IMG/VR virus record: IMGVR_UViG_3300032893_001611
Coordinates: 1 to 63,931 of that record
Reading direction: 5' to 3' (one strand)
DNA: 63,931 bases
Source of the DNA: a virus
Lineage: Duplodnaviria > Caudoviricetes
Positions 62,567-63,931 of this stretch are shown here, in pieces. The notes beneath the pieces are model-generated. The model was given only the letters and a program-made list of their open reading frames with translations. It was not told the DNA's origin and did not search any database. The position numbers and the translations under genes are program-made. Numbering within the stretch: the first letter of the stretch is position 1; each line of letters opens with the position of its first letter.

Positions 62567-63715
62567 ATGGCGCGCAGAAGATTTCAGGACCCGCGGCCCA
62601 GGATAGAGGGTCATTTCTGGGTCCTGTATTACTGGCAGGATGAATTCGAAAACGGACAAAGGAGGCGGCGCAAAAAGAGAGAGAAACTTGCCCCCGCCAC
62701 CGTAAAGGAGCGGGAAGTCCGCAAAATCGCGGCTGAGTTTCTCCGCCCCGTCAATCAGGGCCTTGTGCCCCTCGGAGCGGCGACTAGCTTCGATGACTTC
62801 GTGGACAGCACGTATACTCCGGTCGTTTTACCGACGATGGCCAAGAGCACGCAGGATCGCTACAAAGGCGTGATCAGGAATTACCTCAAGCCCCAATTCG
62901 GCGGTTTGAGCCTGCGCGACATCACGCCCCTGACCACCGACCGGTATTTCTCGGAGCTGGGCAAGACGGGCCTGCAGTACGAATCAATCGACAAGGTCCG
63001 CGATGTCCTCGCCAGCGTTCTGACATCGGCGATCCGCTATGGGTTGCTGATCAAGAACCCGGCGGAAGGCGTGCGGCTCCCGCGCGCGAAGCGGGGCAAA
63101 AAAAGCAAACCGTGGATCACGCAGCAGCAGTTCAACACCCTCACCGGACTGATCGCGGAACCCTACGCCACCATGCTGTACGTGGCGGTCTACACGGGCC
63201 TGCGCGTCAGCGAGTTGATCGGCCTCCGGTGGAACGATGTGCATGAAGACTCGATCACGATCGACGAGCGGTGCTGCCGGGGTGACTGGGGCGCTCCCAA
63301 GAGCGAAGCCAGCAACGACACCATTCCGGTCAACCGCGCCGTGATCGAGCGCATTCTCCGGCTGAAGACCCTGACCGTCGACGTGAAGGCGGGCAGGGCG
63401 GTCAGGCATTACAAGGTCGTGAAGTCCGACGGCCCGAATGACCTGGTCTTTCAGTCCGTGTCGACGGGAGCCGCAATGCGGGACAACAACATCCTCAAGC
63501 GGCACATCAAGCCTGCAGCCCGCAAGCTCGGGCTTGATTTCGTCAACTGGAGATGCCTGCGGACGTCCTACGCCACATGGCTCAAGGAAGCCAAGGCGGA
63601 TATAAAGGATGCGCAGAAGCTCATGCGGCATTCGAGGGCGACAACGACACTGGAAATCTACCAGCAGTTCATTCCGGAGTCGCAGCGGAGAGTTGTGGAC
63701 GGCCTGATCAACTAG
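62567..63715 (+). CDS. int: Tyrosine recombinase / integrase
   Basis: YTGLRVSELIGLRW, PKS, RCLRTSYAT, MRHS...T..IY; beside attR; GGGAG RBS. Confidence 0.96.
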   Translation: MARRRFQDPRPRIEGHFWVLYYWQDEFENGQRRRRKKREKLAPATVKEREVRKIAAEFLRPVNQGLVPLGAATSFDDFVDSTYTPVVLPTMAKSTQDRYKGVIRNYLKPQFGGLSLRDITPLTTDRYFSELGKTGLQYESIDKVRDVLASVLTSAIRYGLLIKNPAEGVRLPRAKRGKKSKPWITQQQFNTLTGLIAEPYATMLYVAVYTGLRVSELIGLRWNDVHEDSITIDERCCRGDWGAPKSEASNDTIPVNRAVIERILRLKTLTVDVKAGRAVRHYKVVKSDGPNDLVFQSVSTGAAMRDNNILKRHIKPAARKLGLDFVNWRCLRTSYATWLKEAKADIKDAQKLMRHSRATTTLEIYQQFIPESQRRVVDGLIN

Positions 63716-63717
63716 GC

Positions 63718-63747
63718 CATTCCAGAACTTATTCCAATCTCATTCCA
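63718..63747 (+). repeat. Putative arm-type sites (ATTCCA x3)
   Basis: CATTCCA, TATTCCA, CATTCCA spaced 11-12 bp; same core as 164-183. Confidence 0.6.
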
Positions 63748-63820
63748 ATAAAATGGCGGTTTCGAGAGCAAAAAAGGTGAGGGAAGGCAATCAAATCAAC
63801 GGGATGAGAATGGCAGGCCC

Positions 63821-63869
63821 CAGCCCTGAAAAGGCTGGCGTCGGCGGTTCGATTCCGTCCCTGGCCACC
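63821..63869 (+). repeat. attR core (tRNA-Phe 3' fragment)
   Basis: Identical to 79-127; lacks the D arm and 5' acceptor strand. Confidence 0.97.
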
Positions 63870-63931
63870 TCAATTTTTCAAACACTTACCTCGATATTTG
63901 CGACGCAAGTGTGCCTCTGAGGAGTCCAAAC

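Larger units (their letters stand above)
79..63869. mobile_element. tRNA-Phe-integrated prophage / mobilisable-element hybrid (~63.7 kb)
   Basis: Flanking 49-bp att repeats, integrase beside attR, full siphophage gene set plus relaxase/MobC/T4CP/ParA. Confidence 0.93.

Noticed and set aside
63821-63869. Second tRNA-Phe gene
   Set aside because: Only the 3' 49 nt are present; it is attR

Overview
The window is almost exactly one 63.7-kb integrated element. It is bounded by an intact tRNA-Phe(GAA) (53-128) and a 49-bp duplicate of its 3' part (63821-63869), with a tyrosine integrase next to the right end. From 4.3 to 39.3 kb it is an apparently complete lambdoid/HK97-type siphoprophage: tail fibres and lysis, tail with a G/GT -1 frameshift, head with a protease-capsid fusion, terminase/cos/HNH, late regulator, replication gene with internal iterons, and a cro/cI switch with operators. 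From 39.4 to 62.3 kb it looks like a plasmid/IME: ParB-like protein, four DNA methyltransferases, Lar, an HTH Rep-like gene, relaxase, MobC, a candidate oriT, a VirD4-like coupling protein fused to an AAA+ ATPase, and ParA plus RHH with centromere-like repeats. No T4SS (mating-pair) genes were seen. The most notable observations are: (1) a ~500-nt non-coding, extensively base-paired minus-strand RNA candidate with its own promoter (1297-1797); (2) tail-fibre/RBP genes carrying Sec-type signal peptides; (3) a collagen-like gene plus glycosyltransferase and deacetylase genes inside the head-neck operon; (4) a six-gene C5-MTase/GHKL-ATPase/DUF6339-like/Vsr operon with no recognisable restriction nuclease and a non-canonical MTase start; (5) the phage-plus-mobilisation hybrid architecture. 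Family assignments come from motifs recognised by eye; no searches were run.
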